From an uncultured Nitrospiraceae bacterium (GTDB taxonomy: Bacteria > Nitrospirota > Nitrospiria > Nitrospirales > Nitrospiraceae), in contig CAVSTP010000002.1 of assembly GCA_963730935.1 (NCBI GenBank), positions 576,001 to 640,000 on the forward strand: a stretch of 64,000 nucleotides of DNA, written 5' to 3'. Of this stretch, positions 44,965 to 54,899 are shown piece after piece. Under the pieces are notes generated by a model. The model had not been told where the DNA came from. It saw only the letters and a list, made by a program, of their open reading frames with translations, and searched no databases. The position numbers were made by a program, and so were the translations under genes. The stretch's first letter is position 1. Each line of letters starts with the position of its first letter.

Positions 44965-45184
44965 CGCCGAAGAGTGGAAGGACTGGCGCGCGCGGGTTAG
45001 CTAAGGAATGTAGGTCGATCCATTTCTCATCCTGTTTTTATGCGATGACATGGTTTGGACCGGTCAATTACCCGTCGTTGTCGGAGAAGCATCCAACGAT
45101 AAGAGACTCGCCTGAGCCGGACTGGAGAGACGAGTCTCGACAATCCTCTCCCGAGTTCAAGATTCCAACACCAAGGAGGTATTC

Positions 45185-45634
45185 ATGAAAACGATCAGCT
45201 TGTGCGGACTATATCTCACTTTTCTCGGGCTCGCCCTTCTTACTAGCTCCGCCGGGCAAGCGGCAGACCCACCAGATGTTCAACCGTTCATTATTCTAAC
45301 TGCGGGTGGAGGAAGCGGCGGCTCTGGCGGTGGATCGGGTGGGGGGTCCGGTGGAGGCACTGGCAGCGGTGGGTCGGGAATGGGGAGTGGAAGTTCCGGA
45401 AGCTCAGGATCGGGGATGGGAAGCGGCAGCCCAAGCGGATCTGGACCAGGACCATCGACCGGAAGCGGGAGCTCGAGCGGATCCGGGTCAGGAATGGGAA
45501 GCGGCAGTTCAAGCGAATCTGGCTCCGGCTCAGGAACGGGAAGCGGTAGCTCGGGGAGTTCGAGTTCCGGCCAGGGATCAGGCAAAACAGGACCGCAATC
45601 GAGTGGCAAACCAGGGAGTGGTACAACCCGTTAA
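45185..45634 (+). CDS. Secreted Gly/Ser low-complexity protein
   Basis: RBS aaggagg; signal peptide followed by ~110 aa of G/S repeats with varied codons. Confidence 0.7.
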   Translation: MKTISLCGLYLTFLGLALLTSSAGQAADPPDVQPFIILTAGGGSGGSGGGSGGGSGGGTGSGGSGMGSGSSGSSGSGMGSGSPSGSGPGPSTGSGSSSGSGSGMGSGSSSESGSGSGTGSGSSGSSSSGQGSGKTGPQSSGKPGSGTTR

Positions 45635-45803
45635 CAAAATGGTGCTCCGGAGTCGCCATCCACGGGGCTGGCGACTGGCGGATACGCACCACATCAGAAG
45701 ACAAGGAGCATGCGGTTTACGAATTTCCGCAAACCCAAGCTCGGACAACCTAACCCCACAAGACTGGCCATTGGAACCGTGACCTGGCCGCGGCTTGGTT
45801 GGA

Positions 45804-46580
45804 CTATTTGTATCGAATCGCCGTTCCCACTGTCACCGTATTAACGTATCCGTACCCATAACCAGGGTAAGCGCCATAGGCCGAATATGGCAGATTGTTG
45901 TAGTAGCCTCCTCCCCAATACGGACCATATCCCCACCATCCCGGAGCGAATCCATAACCCCCCGCACCATAGTAAGGACCGTAGTAGCCCCAAGTAGGTC
46001 CGTAATAGCCGCCCCGGTGCCTATAATATGGTCCCCAAGGTCTCCCTCCACCCCAACCCCGATATCCTCCTGAACCAGGACCTCCTCCGCGGCCGCCACG
46101 CGCAAGGACAATTTTGACATCGCCATCACTCCTGGCATCTTGAAGGGACGAGTGTAGGTCGTCAGGGACTGGCTTCTCGTCTGGAGGCGAGGAGGGCGAA
46201 GGGGAGACTTGGTTATCGGGGCGATTGGATTGGTCTTGTGGTCGCAAGCGAAGGGCTCCAAATATCACGGCATCAGCTCCAAGCGTGCCGGCTTTCTCAA
46301 GTATTTTTTCACGCCTTGAGTTCTCGCTCAGCCACAGACTATCCACGGTCAAAATGGCGATTTGCACATGAGGCCGGATGGGCTCCCCTTCGAGCGCTTG
46401 GATGTGTTCAGTTTCGGGAGGAAAGCTTTCAGTGGATAACATCACAACATTAACGCCCGCACACCCAGTTAGGGTGAAAAAAGACAACAACATAGTCGTG
46501 GATACTAACCTTTGTTGAAGTGATCCCAATAGTGACCCAAGGCGGCAAGGGTCTAAGCAGGGATTGACAGTAAGGTGCAT
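45804..46580 (-). CDS. Putative lipoprotein with a Gly/Tyr-rich C-terminal segment
   Basis: LTGC lipobox; EKAGTLGADAVIF; terminal GTAIRYK; start uncertain. Confidence 0.65.
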   Translation of the reverse strand: MHLTVNPCLDPCRLGSLLGSLQQRLVSTTMLLSFFTLTGCAGVNVVMLSTESFPPETEHIQALEGEPIRPHVQIAILTVDSLWLSENSRREKILEKAGTLGADAVIFGALRLRPQDQSNRPDNQVSPSPSSPPDEKPVPDDLHSSLQDARSDGDVKIVLARGGRGGGPGSGGYRGWGGGRPWGPYYRHRGGYYGPTWGYYGPYYGAGGYGFAPGWWGYGPYWGGGYYNNLPYSAYGAYPGYGYGYVNTVTVGTAIRYK

Positions 46581-46792
46581 GTGAAACTCCCTTCAGAGCA
46601 TAACTTAACAAGATTAAGAAGCCATTAAAGGCATCTTAGAGAGTTGGTTCGTGTAGCGAGTTCCCCTGAGCGATCGACCGGTAGAGTCAGCGTCGCAATC
46701 GTGTCTCTCAGGGGTAAGGAGTGAAGCGGCCAAGAAAGAAGATGCCTTATATCAAGGCAACAGAGGACGACTGATTGGCCCCGATGAGATTC

Positions 46793-48370
46793 TCAACCTG
46801 CAACGCTCTTTTCAAAGCCTGGAAGAATCGCCTTGAAGAAGGCATTTTGCACGAGCTTTCCGATAATCTGCCACGTATCTTCCTTTGGATTCTCCACGGG
46901 ACCTGTGACACTGGTTTCGGTAGCCACTTGTCCTGTCGAGCTGCTTTTGAAGAGAGCCAGTACCCCTCCGACAACCGCTTCGTACATTTTGTGCGACGCC
47001 GCCTTATCTTTATCTTGCTCGGGATCATATACTTCGACATCCTTCAAGAATGGTTTGACATAGCCGTCGATGTGATTGTTTTTCACTGTCATTTCGCTAA
47101 AGAAGGCAAACGTGCCTCCTGTCGTATCGAGCTGTCCGTAAGCTCGTAAGAGTTGATTGAGCGTCTGGACTTGCGTCTTGACGATGCGCACGTGAAGGTC
47201 GAAATCAGGGTTCGGTTTCTCGGGTCGGAATGAGCCCGTGACGGTCGTCGGACCGGTGCCCATAAATTTCCCGGTAAGTTTCATCTGTCCCATTCCCTCC
47301 TCCGGTCGATTGCTGAAATGGTCGACATCGAGATCCAAGTCGGAGAAAAACACCCGATAATCCGGCGACGACGCTTTATTGATGAAGCCGACATCGCTGT
47401 GCAGTATCTTGCCGTGGGCAACTTTCAACACGAGCGTAGGATCTTGATGGGCTTCCTTCACCTTCTCTGCCCCTTTCTTCGCACGTGCGGCTTCCTTCTG
47501 CTTCGTCTGAGCCGTATGGACATAATCGGCCTTGACGCCCTCAAGAGTAAATTGGTTGATGTCGATCACGGTCGTATTGCCTGAGTGTTGCACATGACCA
47601 ATCACATCAAGGGCGCCTTGCTGTAGTTGCACATTGTACTGTCCGGATACCGGCATCAAGTTTGTTAACGAGAAATGTTTGATTTGGATCTCTCCTTTGA
47701 CGCGGGGGTCAGGCTTGGCCAGAAAATCCGCACGGCCATTCAGGGCGAGCTCTGCCTGGTCGGGAAGTCGCCCGCTGACCCGGAGCACGGAAGGATACAC
47801 GTCGTCGCCGGCTGGCCGGTTCGTCACATTGTCTGCCACAATCTCAAATTCTTCTATACGCATGGGAGCCACGGACGGCTTACTGGTGTAGGTGATCTCG
47901 CCTTGTGAAATAGAGAGCGATAGACGCACCGGCATCATGCCTCGTATCGTGTCTTGCCATGCAGCGGCCTCCTCTTTGATTTCTTCTTTATCCTCGGTAT
48001 GCATGACCTTGTCGACCTGTTCACCTGTGGCAGAGAGAACAGGGCGCTCGATGCGCAAATCTACGTCCAGAGTCCCCGTCAATAAAGGCAAAAAACGAGC
48101 ATCCGCCAGCAGGCTGGGAATCGTCGCAAGCGGTGGTTCAGGATGTGCGCGTTGGCGCACTACGAGATCGTTTACTTCTAGCGCCAACCTGAAAGGATGA
48201 ATGTGAATGGTGCCGATCCGGACGTCATAATCCGCTAGTCGCTGGGTTGCCTGGTCTTCCGCATAACGTTTGAGAGGACCTGTGAGAAGGACAGTGGCCA
48301 GCATGAGCGTCACGACGATAAGACCGACGATGAATCCCCCGATCGCCCACCACCGATGCCTTCGTAACAT
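46793..48370 (-). CDS. DUF748 domain (AsmA-like) protein
   Basis: N-terminal TM anchor; GYVKPFLKD, QVAT.TSVTG.VENP and LVQNAFFKAILPGF. Confidence 0.8.
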   Translation of the reverse strand: MLRRHRWWAIGGFIVGLIVVTLMLATVLLTGPLKRYAEDQATQRLADYDVRIGTIHIHPFRLALEVNDLVVRQRAHPEPPLATIPSLLADARFLPLLTGTLDVDLRIERPVLSATGEQVDKVMHTEDKEEIKEEAAAWQDTIRGMMPVRLSLSISQGEITYTSKPSVAPMRIEEFEIVADNVTNRPAGDDVYPSVLRVSGRLPDQAELALNGRADFLAKPDPRVKGEIQIKHFSLTNLMPVSGQYNVQLQQGALDVIGHVQHSGNTTVIDINQFTLEGVKADYVHTAQTKQKEAARAKKGAEKVKEAHQDPTLVLKVAHGKILHSDVGFINKASSPDYRVFFSDLDLDVDHFSNRPEEGMGQMKLTGKFMGTGPTTVTGSFRPEKPNPDFDLHVRIVKTQVQTLNQLLRAYGQLDTTGGTFAFFSEMTVKNNHIDGYVKPFLKDVEVYDPEQDKDKAASHKMYEAVVGGVLALFKSSSTGQVATETSVTGPVENPKEDTWQIIGKLVQNAFFKAILPGFEKSVAG

Positions 48371-48385
48371 GAGCTTGCCTTCTTC

Positions 48386-49336
48386 TTATGCGCTTCGTTT
48401 TAAACTTGGGGCTCGATCCGCCGGTGTCGCTTTTTTCGGGCTGACCACCGTCGCATTCTCACTCGGCTGAATATGTTCCCCAAATCGATTGGCATACACT
48501 TGCGTGAATTCGGCTCCGAACAACAGGATTTGGGCGGAGTAGTACACCCAGACGAGCATTACCACCAGAGAGCCGGCGGCACCAAAACCACTGGCGACCT
48601 GGCTTTTGCCAAGATAAAGACCGATGGCGAATTTTCCGATGGTGAACAACAAAGAGGTGATAGCCGCTCCCATCCAGACGTCCGGCCAAGCAATGCGGGC
48701 TTCAGGCAAAATTTTGAAGATCATGGCGAACAGGCCCGTGATGACCGCAAACGATAAGAAGAAATTGACGATCTGGAGAACCACCTCTGGCACCGGCAAG
48801 AGGTTGCCGAACCATTTGCCCATTGCGGCTAATGCCGCGCTTAAAAGCAGCGACACGAGGAGCAAAAAGGCGGTTCCCAACACGGTCGCAAAGGACAAAA
48901 AGTTATCTTTGACGAATCCCCAGATCCCGCGGCCCTCTTTCGCCTCTACGCCCCAGACGGTGTCGAGGGCGGCCTTCAGCTGTCCAAAAAGGCCTGCCGC
49001 ACCGGACAGGAGCACGACCACCGCAATCAGCGTGGAGACAAGACCCGTGGAAGGGGTCTCCGCTCGTTCAATCATGTCTTTGATAGCGGCGGCACTCTGC
49101 TCTCCCACCAAATTGCTGAGTTGCTCGATGATGGCACCCTGCGCCGCTTCCTGCCCAAACACCAGGCCAATAATCCCGATGATGACGATGAGAAGCGGCA
49201 CGATGGAAAAGACGGTGTAGTAGGCTAGAGCGGCACCCAGACGAGGAGCTTTATCATGGCTCCAATCTGCTGCGGCGGCCTTGAGCAAAATCCAGAATTC
49301 TTTTGGCCGAAAGGCCGTATACCAAGGAAGAGTCAT
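48386..49336 (-). CDS. YihY/virulence factor BrkB family membrane protein
   Basis: GAALAYYTVFSIVPLL, IFKILP, LFTIGK and GAAGSLVVMLVWVYYSAQILLFGAEF. Confidence 0.92.
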   Translation of the reverse strand: MTLPWYTAFRPKEFWILLKAAAADWSHDKAPRLGAALAYYTVFSIVPLLIVIIGIIGLVFGQEAAQGAIIEQLSNLVGEQSAAAIKDMIERAETPSTGLVSTLIAVVVLLSGAAGLFGQLKAALDTVWGVEAKEGRGIWGFVKDNFLSFATVLGTAFLLLVSLLLSAALAAMGKWFGNLLPVPEVVLQIVNFFLSFAVITGLFAMIFKILPEARIAWPDVWMGAAITSLLFTIGKFAIGLYLGKSQVASGFGAAGSLVVMLVWVYYSAQILLFGAEFTQVYANRFGEHIQPSENATVVSPKKATPADRAPSLKRSA

Positions 49337-50400
49337 AAAGTATGTTCTTTCTGATTTTCGGGCTGAGTGGAATTTCTATGCCTCGCTTGGCAGCAACTAA
49401 TCGTACCTATCATGTCTTCCAGGTGAACTCTGCTGGTCGATAGGCGTACCTTTGGCGCGCAAAAATAATCCCATTTGAAAATCCCCTTAAGTGGCCGGAT
49501 GTGATTGTTTGAGACTGTGCGGGAATATTTCTCTATACTAGCGGCGAACCCGTCAATCCAACACTAGCAGTCCCCCTCGGATACATTAGCTGTAGTCCCT
49601 CGCATTCGTGGGTCGATGCCAAACTGTCACCGGGTGCAAAGCTGGTCAAAACTGCTCAGGCGTAATGATCAGCGTGCGGAAAGAGAACTGTTTTGAACAG
49701 ACCGCACCCGGACTTTTGGTGGATGGTCCGAACACCTTAGCAAAAGAATCCACTTCTCCCCTGAGCGGAGGACGTCGATTATGTCCACCTGCAATATCTG
49801 TCACACCGATGCGTGCTTGGGGCGCTGCATCTTTATTGTCTATTGAAAGATCAAATATCGGCATACAACTATTTAGGGCCGTGCATTTACAAATAGCAGG
49901 CACACGAAAGGAGTGATTAGGACAATCGACCCTTGTGCGCTCAAGCGGCGGCAGCCATCGGTCGCGCCTTGGCACATTCCGAACACCATCGCAGTCCGCA
50001 GTTGATGCAGACAAATTGCTCGACGGTGAGTCCGGTCGGCACTTCGATCGCTGTCTCGATTCGAAGTGAGCCTTCGCACGTCCTGCATCGAACAAATTCA
50101 GTATCCATACAACAAAGGATATGCCGAATCTAACCCGATATCTGTCCCAATTTGCTCATGTGAATTGCAGTGAGAGGTCTGGGTTGCGGAGTTGTGGAAT
50201 TCTGTCTGGGGCTGGCACTGCAGGAGGTCCTGCCCTCGCCTTCGGTATCCCAGTCCAGCAGCACCGATTAACCGAAATATACGAAATAACAATTAGCTTT
50301 TGAGACTTCCTCTATGGCGGGTGGGAGTCTTGAAAGCGATGCCGGAGTCTTTCCGCTTCGAACCCGACGTCCAGCCAAAAGGAAGGCCGCGGAGACTTGT

Positions 50401-50823
50401 TCAAGCGGGCAAGATAGAGGCTATTGCGTTTTGAATCGCCATATCGAGGTCCCTTGCTGAGTGTTGCTGTTTGTGCAAACAGGCAAAAGCACCATTGTGC
50501 AATACCAAGTCATGTAGGTTGGGATATGGCAGCTTAGTGAGGACAACGACAGCGACCGAGGGCCGGTGACGATTGGGAATTAACGTGAACAGCGCTTCAA
50601 AGCCTGACTCCCCAGACAAGTCCAAGTCTAAGATTACACAATCAATCTTTTGAGATTGGTACAGGTGCAGGCCCGATTTGATGTCTGTGGCCGTTAACGT
50701 CGAATAGGCGGGCGAACATTTCCTCAGACCATGTGACCAAAAATCCAGGTCCGCTGGATTATCATCAATGAAAAGAACCGTAGTCTGAAGAGAGGCCACT
50801 TCGGGAGGCGCGGAAGGGGTCAC
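50401..50823 (-). CDS. Stand-alone response-regulator receiver protein
   Basis: VLFIDD, DCVILDLDL...SGFE, VVVLT and GAFACLHK. Confidence 0.85.
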   Translation of the reverse strand: MTPSAPPEVASLQTTVLFIDDNPADLDFWSHGLRKCSPAYSTLTATDIKSGLHLYQSQKIDCVILDLDLSGESGFEALFTLIPNRHRPSVAVVVLTKLPYPNLHDLVLHNGAFACLHKQQHSARDLDMAIQNAIASILPA

Positions 50824-50932
50824 TTAGGAACCGCCTTTCTTCACCTAGAGTCCAATATGTAAGGGCAATAGGGTCGAAAGTATGATCTTTTGAATTCTGA
50901 AGATCAAGTATCTCCAAAAGAGCCTAAGCTGC

Positions 50933-51133
50933 TTAAGTGGTCGGCCTTGACGGTGGTGTCTGCTTTAGGGGTGGGTCTTGCTTTATCGGCGGCCGATCAA
51001 AGTGCAGACCGCACGCTTCACACACGTAATGGCCTGTGAGATATCGATCTTTTGTAGAGGTTTCAAGAAGGAGTCGAGGGTGCACACAGGGTGCATCGCT
51101 GGACACAGCACGAGGATCAGCAGAGGACGCCAT
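50933..51133 (-). CDS. Small Zn-ribbon-like protein (CxH...CxxC)
   Basis: CVHPRLL...LTGHYVCEACG. Confidence 0.5.
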   Translation of the reverse strand: MASSADPRAVSSDAPCVHPRLLLETSTKDRYLTGHYVCEACGLHFDRPPIKQDPPLKQTPPSRPTT

Positions 51134-51322
51134 GGGGCGCACAATCGCATATTTGTTTGCCATGCACAAGGCGACTTGTAGGCAAGTGCCTACGCAGCGT
51201 GCGATTTTGTTGCTAGAGACTCTTCTGGACATCAAAAGCGCTCGATGCGTGATAGTCTAATCTTATCCTTCCTTCAGTCATTGACGGCTTTCCTTCAATC
51301 CATAAGTTCTTTAGGGAAACGC

Positions 51323-51691
51323 ATGCAAAGAGCTTTTCAACCAGATGACTTGATGACGATACTCGACGGTATTGACGATGCCGTCGTAAAGCTCGATGGT
51401 CAAGGTAACTTCTTGGCCATGAATCGGGCAGCAGCTACTATCTATGAACGATTAGGACTCGACTTCTTTCGGGACATGAAAGGGAAATCCGTTTGGGATT
51501 TGTTTCCAGAGTTCAAAGGTACTCTCGTTGAGCGGGAACTACGTTCGGTGATCGATCACCACATGCAGGTAAGTTTCGAGTTTTACGACCCCAAAGACCA
51601 GCGTTGGTACGAAAAAAAGGGCTATCCCGCTCCGCCGGGGGCTATCTTGGTGTTTCGAGACATCACGGACAAGAAGACTTCGACAACGTAA
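51323..51691 (+). CDS. Stand-alone PAS domain protein
   Basis: ILDGIDDAVVKLD, MNRAA, GKSVWDLFPE and VFRDITDKK. Confidence 0.85.
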   Translation: MQRAFQPDDLMTILDGIDDAVVKLDGQGNFLAMNRAAATIYERLGLDFFRDMKGKSVWDLFPEFKGTLVERELRSVIDHHMQVSFEFYDPKDQRWYEKKGYPAPPGAILVFRDITDKKTSTT

Positions 51692-51711
51692 GGAAAGACC
51701 CTTCGAAGCAT

Positions 51712-51763
51712 TGGCGGAGAGGGTAGGATTCGAACCTACGGTCCGGGTTGAGCCGGACAGCAG
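51712..51763 (-). other. 3' half of a tRNA-Ser gene; att-like integration relic
   Basis: Minus strand ctgctgtccggctcaacccggac-cgtagGTTCGAATcctac-cctctccgCCA: variable arm, intact T arm and acceptor 3' strand; no D arm or anticodon loop. Confidence 0.85.
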
Positions 51764-52176
51764 CCATATCTGACGCCACGACCGTTCTTCTCATCGACGA
51801 CGATCCCCACTACCGTGTTTATTACGCACAGCGCCTCCATGCATCGTCATCAAATTACGATGTGGTCGAAGCAGTTACTGGCCGACTTGGGTTAGACATC
51901 TGCGCAAGGCAACCAATTGATTGTGTCGTACTTGAGATTGACCTGCCGGACATGTCTGGTTTTGAGGTGTTGGCAAAGCTCGTTCCCCGTGCCTATCATC
52001 CCGAGATCGCCGTGATCGTCCTGACAAGGCTCCCCAATCCATTCCTGTTAGACGTCGCAATCAAGAACGGCGCACAGGCCGCATTGCAAAAGGGGGTGGG
52101 AAGCGGAGACCTTCTCGAACACTCCATCCGCAAGGCCATTTCGACAGTGGTAGTTCGAAACAGACTTGTTAGTTGA
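51748..52176 (+). CDS. Stand-alone receiver protein, atypical (Glu at the expected phospho-Asp); start lies within the tRNA relic
   Basis: VLLIDDD, DCVVLEIDLPDMSGFEV, VIVLT and GAQAALQK; paralog of 50401..50823, which has DCVILDLDL. Confidence 0.8.
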   Translation: MSRTAAISDATTVLLIDDDPHYRVYYAQRLHASSSNYDVVEAVTGRLGLDICARQPIDCVVLEIDLPDMSGFEVLAKLVPRAYHPEIAVIVLTRLPNPFLLDVAIKNGAQAALQKGVGSGDLLEHSIRKAISTVVVRNRLVS

Positions 52177-52258
52177 TACGTAGTTGATCGTAATTCCTTT
52201 GAATCGTTTACGCACACTGTGAAAAAGGCGTTAACTACACGCCTGTCGGAGCGACTAT

Positions 52259-52687
52259 ATGCCCAATGAGGACAGCGAACCGTCGCATTCTAGCCCCATC
52301 GAGATCCTCCTCGTCGATGACCATCCCCACGTTCGAAGACTCTTGCGCGAGATGATCGAGACGTATGACGACCTCAGAATCGTCGGGGAAGCCGTCAATG
52401 GCGAGGAAGCGGTGCTGCTTGCGGCGAAACTCAAGCCTGCCGCGGTGGTCATGGATGTTCACCTGCCCGTATTGAATGGCGTACCAGCCACAACATTGAT
52501 CAAGATGAACAATCCGTTTACCGCCATCATTGGGTTGACTGCGGGCGATCCCCACGAAGACGAAAAAGCTATGACCATCGCTGGTGCGGCCGTGGTCATC
52601 AATAAGAGCGACGTGTTGAGCGCGCTGTATCCAGCCATCGTCGATTCACTCAAACGAATTCCTTCTCAGACGGCGAAAGATAGATGA
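52259..52687 (+). CDS. Stand-alone NarL-type receiver protein
   Basis: ILLVDDH, VGEAVNGEEAV, VVMDVHLPVLNG, IIGLT and AGA..VINK. Confidence 0.88.
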   Translation: MPNEDSEPSHSSPIEILLVDDHPHVRRLLREMIETYDDLRIVGEAVNGEEAVLLAAKLKPAAVVMDVHLPVLNGVPATTLIKMNNPFTAIIGLTAGDPHEDEKAMTIAGAAVVINKSDVLSALYPAIVDSLKRIPSQTAKDR

Positions 52688-52866
52688 CAACTGCCGATTC
52701 CTGCCACTGTACAGGTTGCGCAAAGTGTCAGCGACAGGACAACCACTGTCGGCGCTCAGTCGTATTCGACATTGACCATCTGTGCGAAGAGTGTCACGAG
52801 CAAGCGGCTCGCATGCTCCAAGGTTCGCTTCCCTCCGATCCTCGGTACCAGAGCCGATCAGCGTGA
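52684..52866 (+). CDS. Cys-rich microprotein (CxCxxCxxC...C...CxxCH)
   Basis: ATGA overlap with the upstream receiver gene; 7 Cys in 60 aa. Confidence 0.5.
   Translation: MTTADSCHCTGCAKCQRQDNHCRRSVVFDIDHLCEECHEQAARMLQGSLPSDPRYQSRSA
52758..52826 (+). repeat. 69-bp segment duplicated at 58491..58559
   Basis: agtcgtattcgacattgaccatctgtgcgaagagtgYcacgaRcaagcggctcgcat....caaggttc at both sites. Confidence 0.9.
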
Positions 52867-53153
52867 TGCCTACCGGGTGTTTTAGCCGCAATAACCATTT
52901 TGGTGTCGTGCTTCTAGGTACGAAATCTCATATTTCTTTGTCCCGCCTGCAAATCATTTTAATATTCTCAGGTTCCTGGTGACACTGTGCGAAGTGTGGT
53001 TGCACCCGGACGCCGGAGCTAACATTGCCCGCCTGTTGGCGGTCAACAGCGAGAGTAATGTCAGCATTAGAAGAATCCGATTGTGTTTCCCGATGGTCGA
53101 AACAAGCTGCGACTGGTCAAAGCCGTGATGCGTTGGCAGGAAGGAAGACCCCA

Positions 53154-53348
53154 ATGGAGGGTACGACCCCCACTACAACACTCAGCGAGTTGAACCAACT
53201 CTACGGATTATACTGCGAGGCAACCGAGGGTTCGTCGCCTGATGTACGGAGCGCGATGAGAGCATGGATCGCTTATGAACTTTATGCACGACGGTACAAC
53301 CGAGAGCGTGGACTCGATACCACATCTGAACGGCGGTCGCCTCAATAG
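53154..53348 (+). CDS. Small hypothetical protein
   Basis: AGGAAGG upstream; helical-looking 64-aa product; no recognisable family. Confidence 0.35.
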   Translation: MEGTTPTTTLSELNQLYGLYCEATEGSSPDVRSAMRAWIAYELYARRYNRERGLDTTSERRSPQ

Positions 53349-53948
53349 AATATCAGGCTCTGTGTCCTCCGGATGGGTTAGGCATCGCACGCATGCAGTC
53401 ATTTGCCTAAATGACGTGGCCGTCACGATCTACGCCTACAATCCCACGGTGGTTTGATGGCAGATCGCGGCTCATCTTTACCCGTTGTACCTGTGGCGTT
53501 CGCGTTGGAAAAGCGGCAAAGAAGCTGATGAAGGGTACCTCACGCTGGTATGAAGGTAGACAGAGGTGGCGTTATGGGATCGGAAACGGACAACGTGGAA
53601 AGATTGTTCGACGCTCTTGAGGAGTTAAGGCTCTTACTCGTAAACAGCCTCCCTGCCGCTGCACAAACACAACCTAGTCGCCGCTCTCCCGAACGCCTCG
53701 GAACTCGCCTATTGGGCGACTCTCTTCATATTTTATCCGAGACATTTCTAGCGCGATGGAGGCGATACCGTAATCAATACCACCGAAAGCGCAATGCGTT
53801 CCTGCTCTTGACGTTAAGCGGAGCTGTTCGGCCCGCCAATGTGGAGTTGTCCTGTGGTGGTGGACGACAGGAACCGCTTCGATGATTGAAAAGGTGAAAC
53901 TGCAACTCGTTTTGAAGGCACTGCAAGACTGAATAGACACAGAGTTCA

Positions 53949-54131
53949 ATGCTCACGAAGCAATGCGACCGCTGTAAAGGCACGATGCTCAGAGAGGACA
54001 TCGTGTTAGGTAGCGGGTCATTAATACGGAAATCTTTGTCGGCTTACCACTGCAGTAATTGCGGGCGGAGTGAGTTTGGGGCAGTCGAAATCGATCGCCG
54101 TTCGGACGACAGCGGCACTAGGCTCACTTGA
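53949..54131 (+). CDS. Small Zn-ribbon protein (CxxC...CxxC)
   Basis: CDRCKGTM...YHCSNCG. Confidence 0.55.
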   Translation: MLTKQCDRCKGTMLREDIVLGSGSLIRKSLSAYHCSNCGRSEFGAVEIDRRSDDSGTRLT

Positions 54132-54266
54132 GCGATTCGTTTAACGATCGAACATAAAGACCCTTCACGGAAGATTCCAGAGACACATTGTCCCTCTCTC
54201 TCAGACTAGTTGTCCCCATTATGATGCGCAACCCCGAGTAAAACCAAGAAGATCCATGTGTGTATG

Positions 54267-54282
54267 GGGCATGAGCTTTGCT
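54267..54282 (+). promoter_or_regulatory. Putative sigma54 promoter
   Basis: GGCAT-GAGCT-TTGCT (GG-N10-GC) ~85 bp upstream of ATG 54365. Confidence 0.55.
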
Positions 54283-54364
54283 CAATATGTATGTTGTGAA
54301 CCGAATAACTATCTTGTGAACCGAGCATTAAGCATCGACACGCCCTTTGAGAAAGGAGGAAGGT

Positions 54365-54607
54365 ATGACCTCATCAGTAGGTACAGCGACGATCGGCATC
54401 CTTCCGAACGCTCGTTGGTTTCAGAAGCGGAAGGATATTCACCATAGGACGAGTCGATTCCGTTTGGCGGCGGCGTGTCGATTGCGTCGCGCGGCCGTGC
54501 ACCGAATTGAATGGGGCAGTGCCTGGGACGCGGTCTGGGAAACGATCCTCCTCATCAGCATTGGCTTGAGCAGCCTCGGATTTGTCTCTCTCATCATGCA
54601 GACGTAG
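54365..54607 (+). CDS. Small protein with a C-terminal TM helix
   Basis: RBS aaggagg; C-terminal hydrophobic segment. Confidence 0.5.
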   Translation: MTSSVGTATIGILPNARWFQKRKDIHHRTSRFRLAAACRLRRAAVHRIEWGSAWDAVWETILLISIGLSSLGFVSLIMQT

Positions 54608-54680
54608 TGAGCCCGTCATCGGTGCCAAGACTAGCAACTGGACTGATTGGAGAGAGAAATACCAACCGCCGGAGTGACCG

Positions 54681-54899
54681 ATGATCGGCATGATTTCCGT
54701 TTGCTTCGCCATGGTAATGGGATTGGCTCTCCTCAGTGGGTGTGCGCCGGTCTACCTTCATCATCCCGAAACGGGCAAGACAGTTCAATGTGGGCCCTAT
54801 TTTGAAGATCCTGCGTCGGACCATTCGGCCAGGTTACTCAAGAGAGGGTGCATCGAGGGTTATGAACGCCAAGGATATGATCAAATAAACGGTGGTTAG
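54681..54899 (+). CDS. Small lipoprotein
   Basis: LLSGC lipobox; VYLHHPETGKTVQCGPY...CIEGYERQGY. Confidence 0.65.
   Translation: MIGMISVCFAMVMGLALLSGCAPVYLHHPETGKTVQCGPYFEDPASDHSARLLKRGCIEGYERQGYDQINGG

Noticed and set aside
45103..45138. 8-bp inverted repeat gagactcg/cgagtctc upstream of the Gly/Ser protein
   Set aside because: Short arms, long loop and no U-tract; not distinguishable from chance.
49340..50400. Overlapping short ORFs between the YihY and receiver genes
   Set aside because: Mutually overlapping, atypical composition and no family motifs.
37724..51763. Functional tRNA-Leu and tRNA-Ser genes
   Set aside because: Only 3' halves are present, with no D arm or acceptor 5' strand; they are recorded as att-like relics.
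52684..52866. Cytochrome c call from CEECH
   Set aside because: There is no export signal and there are many additional Cys residues; a metal-binding microprotein is more plausible.
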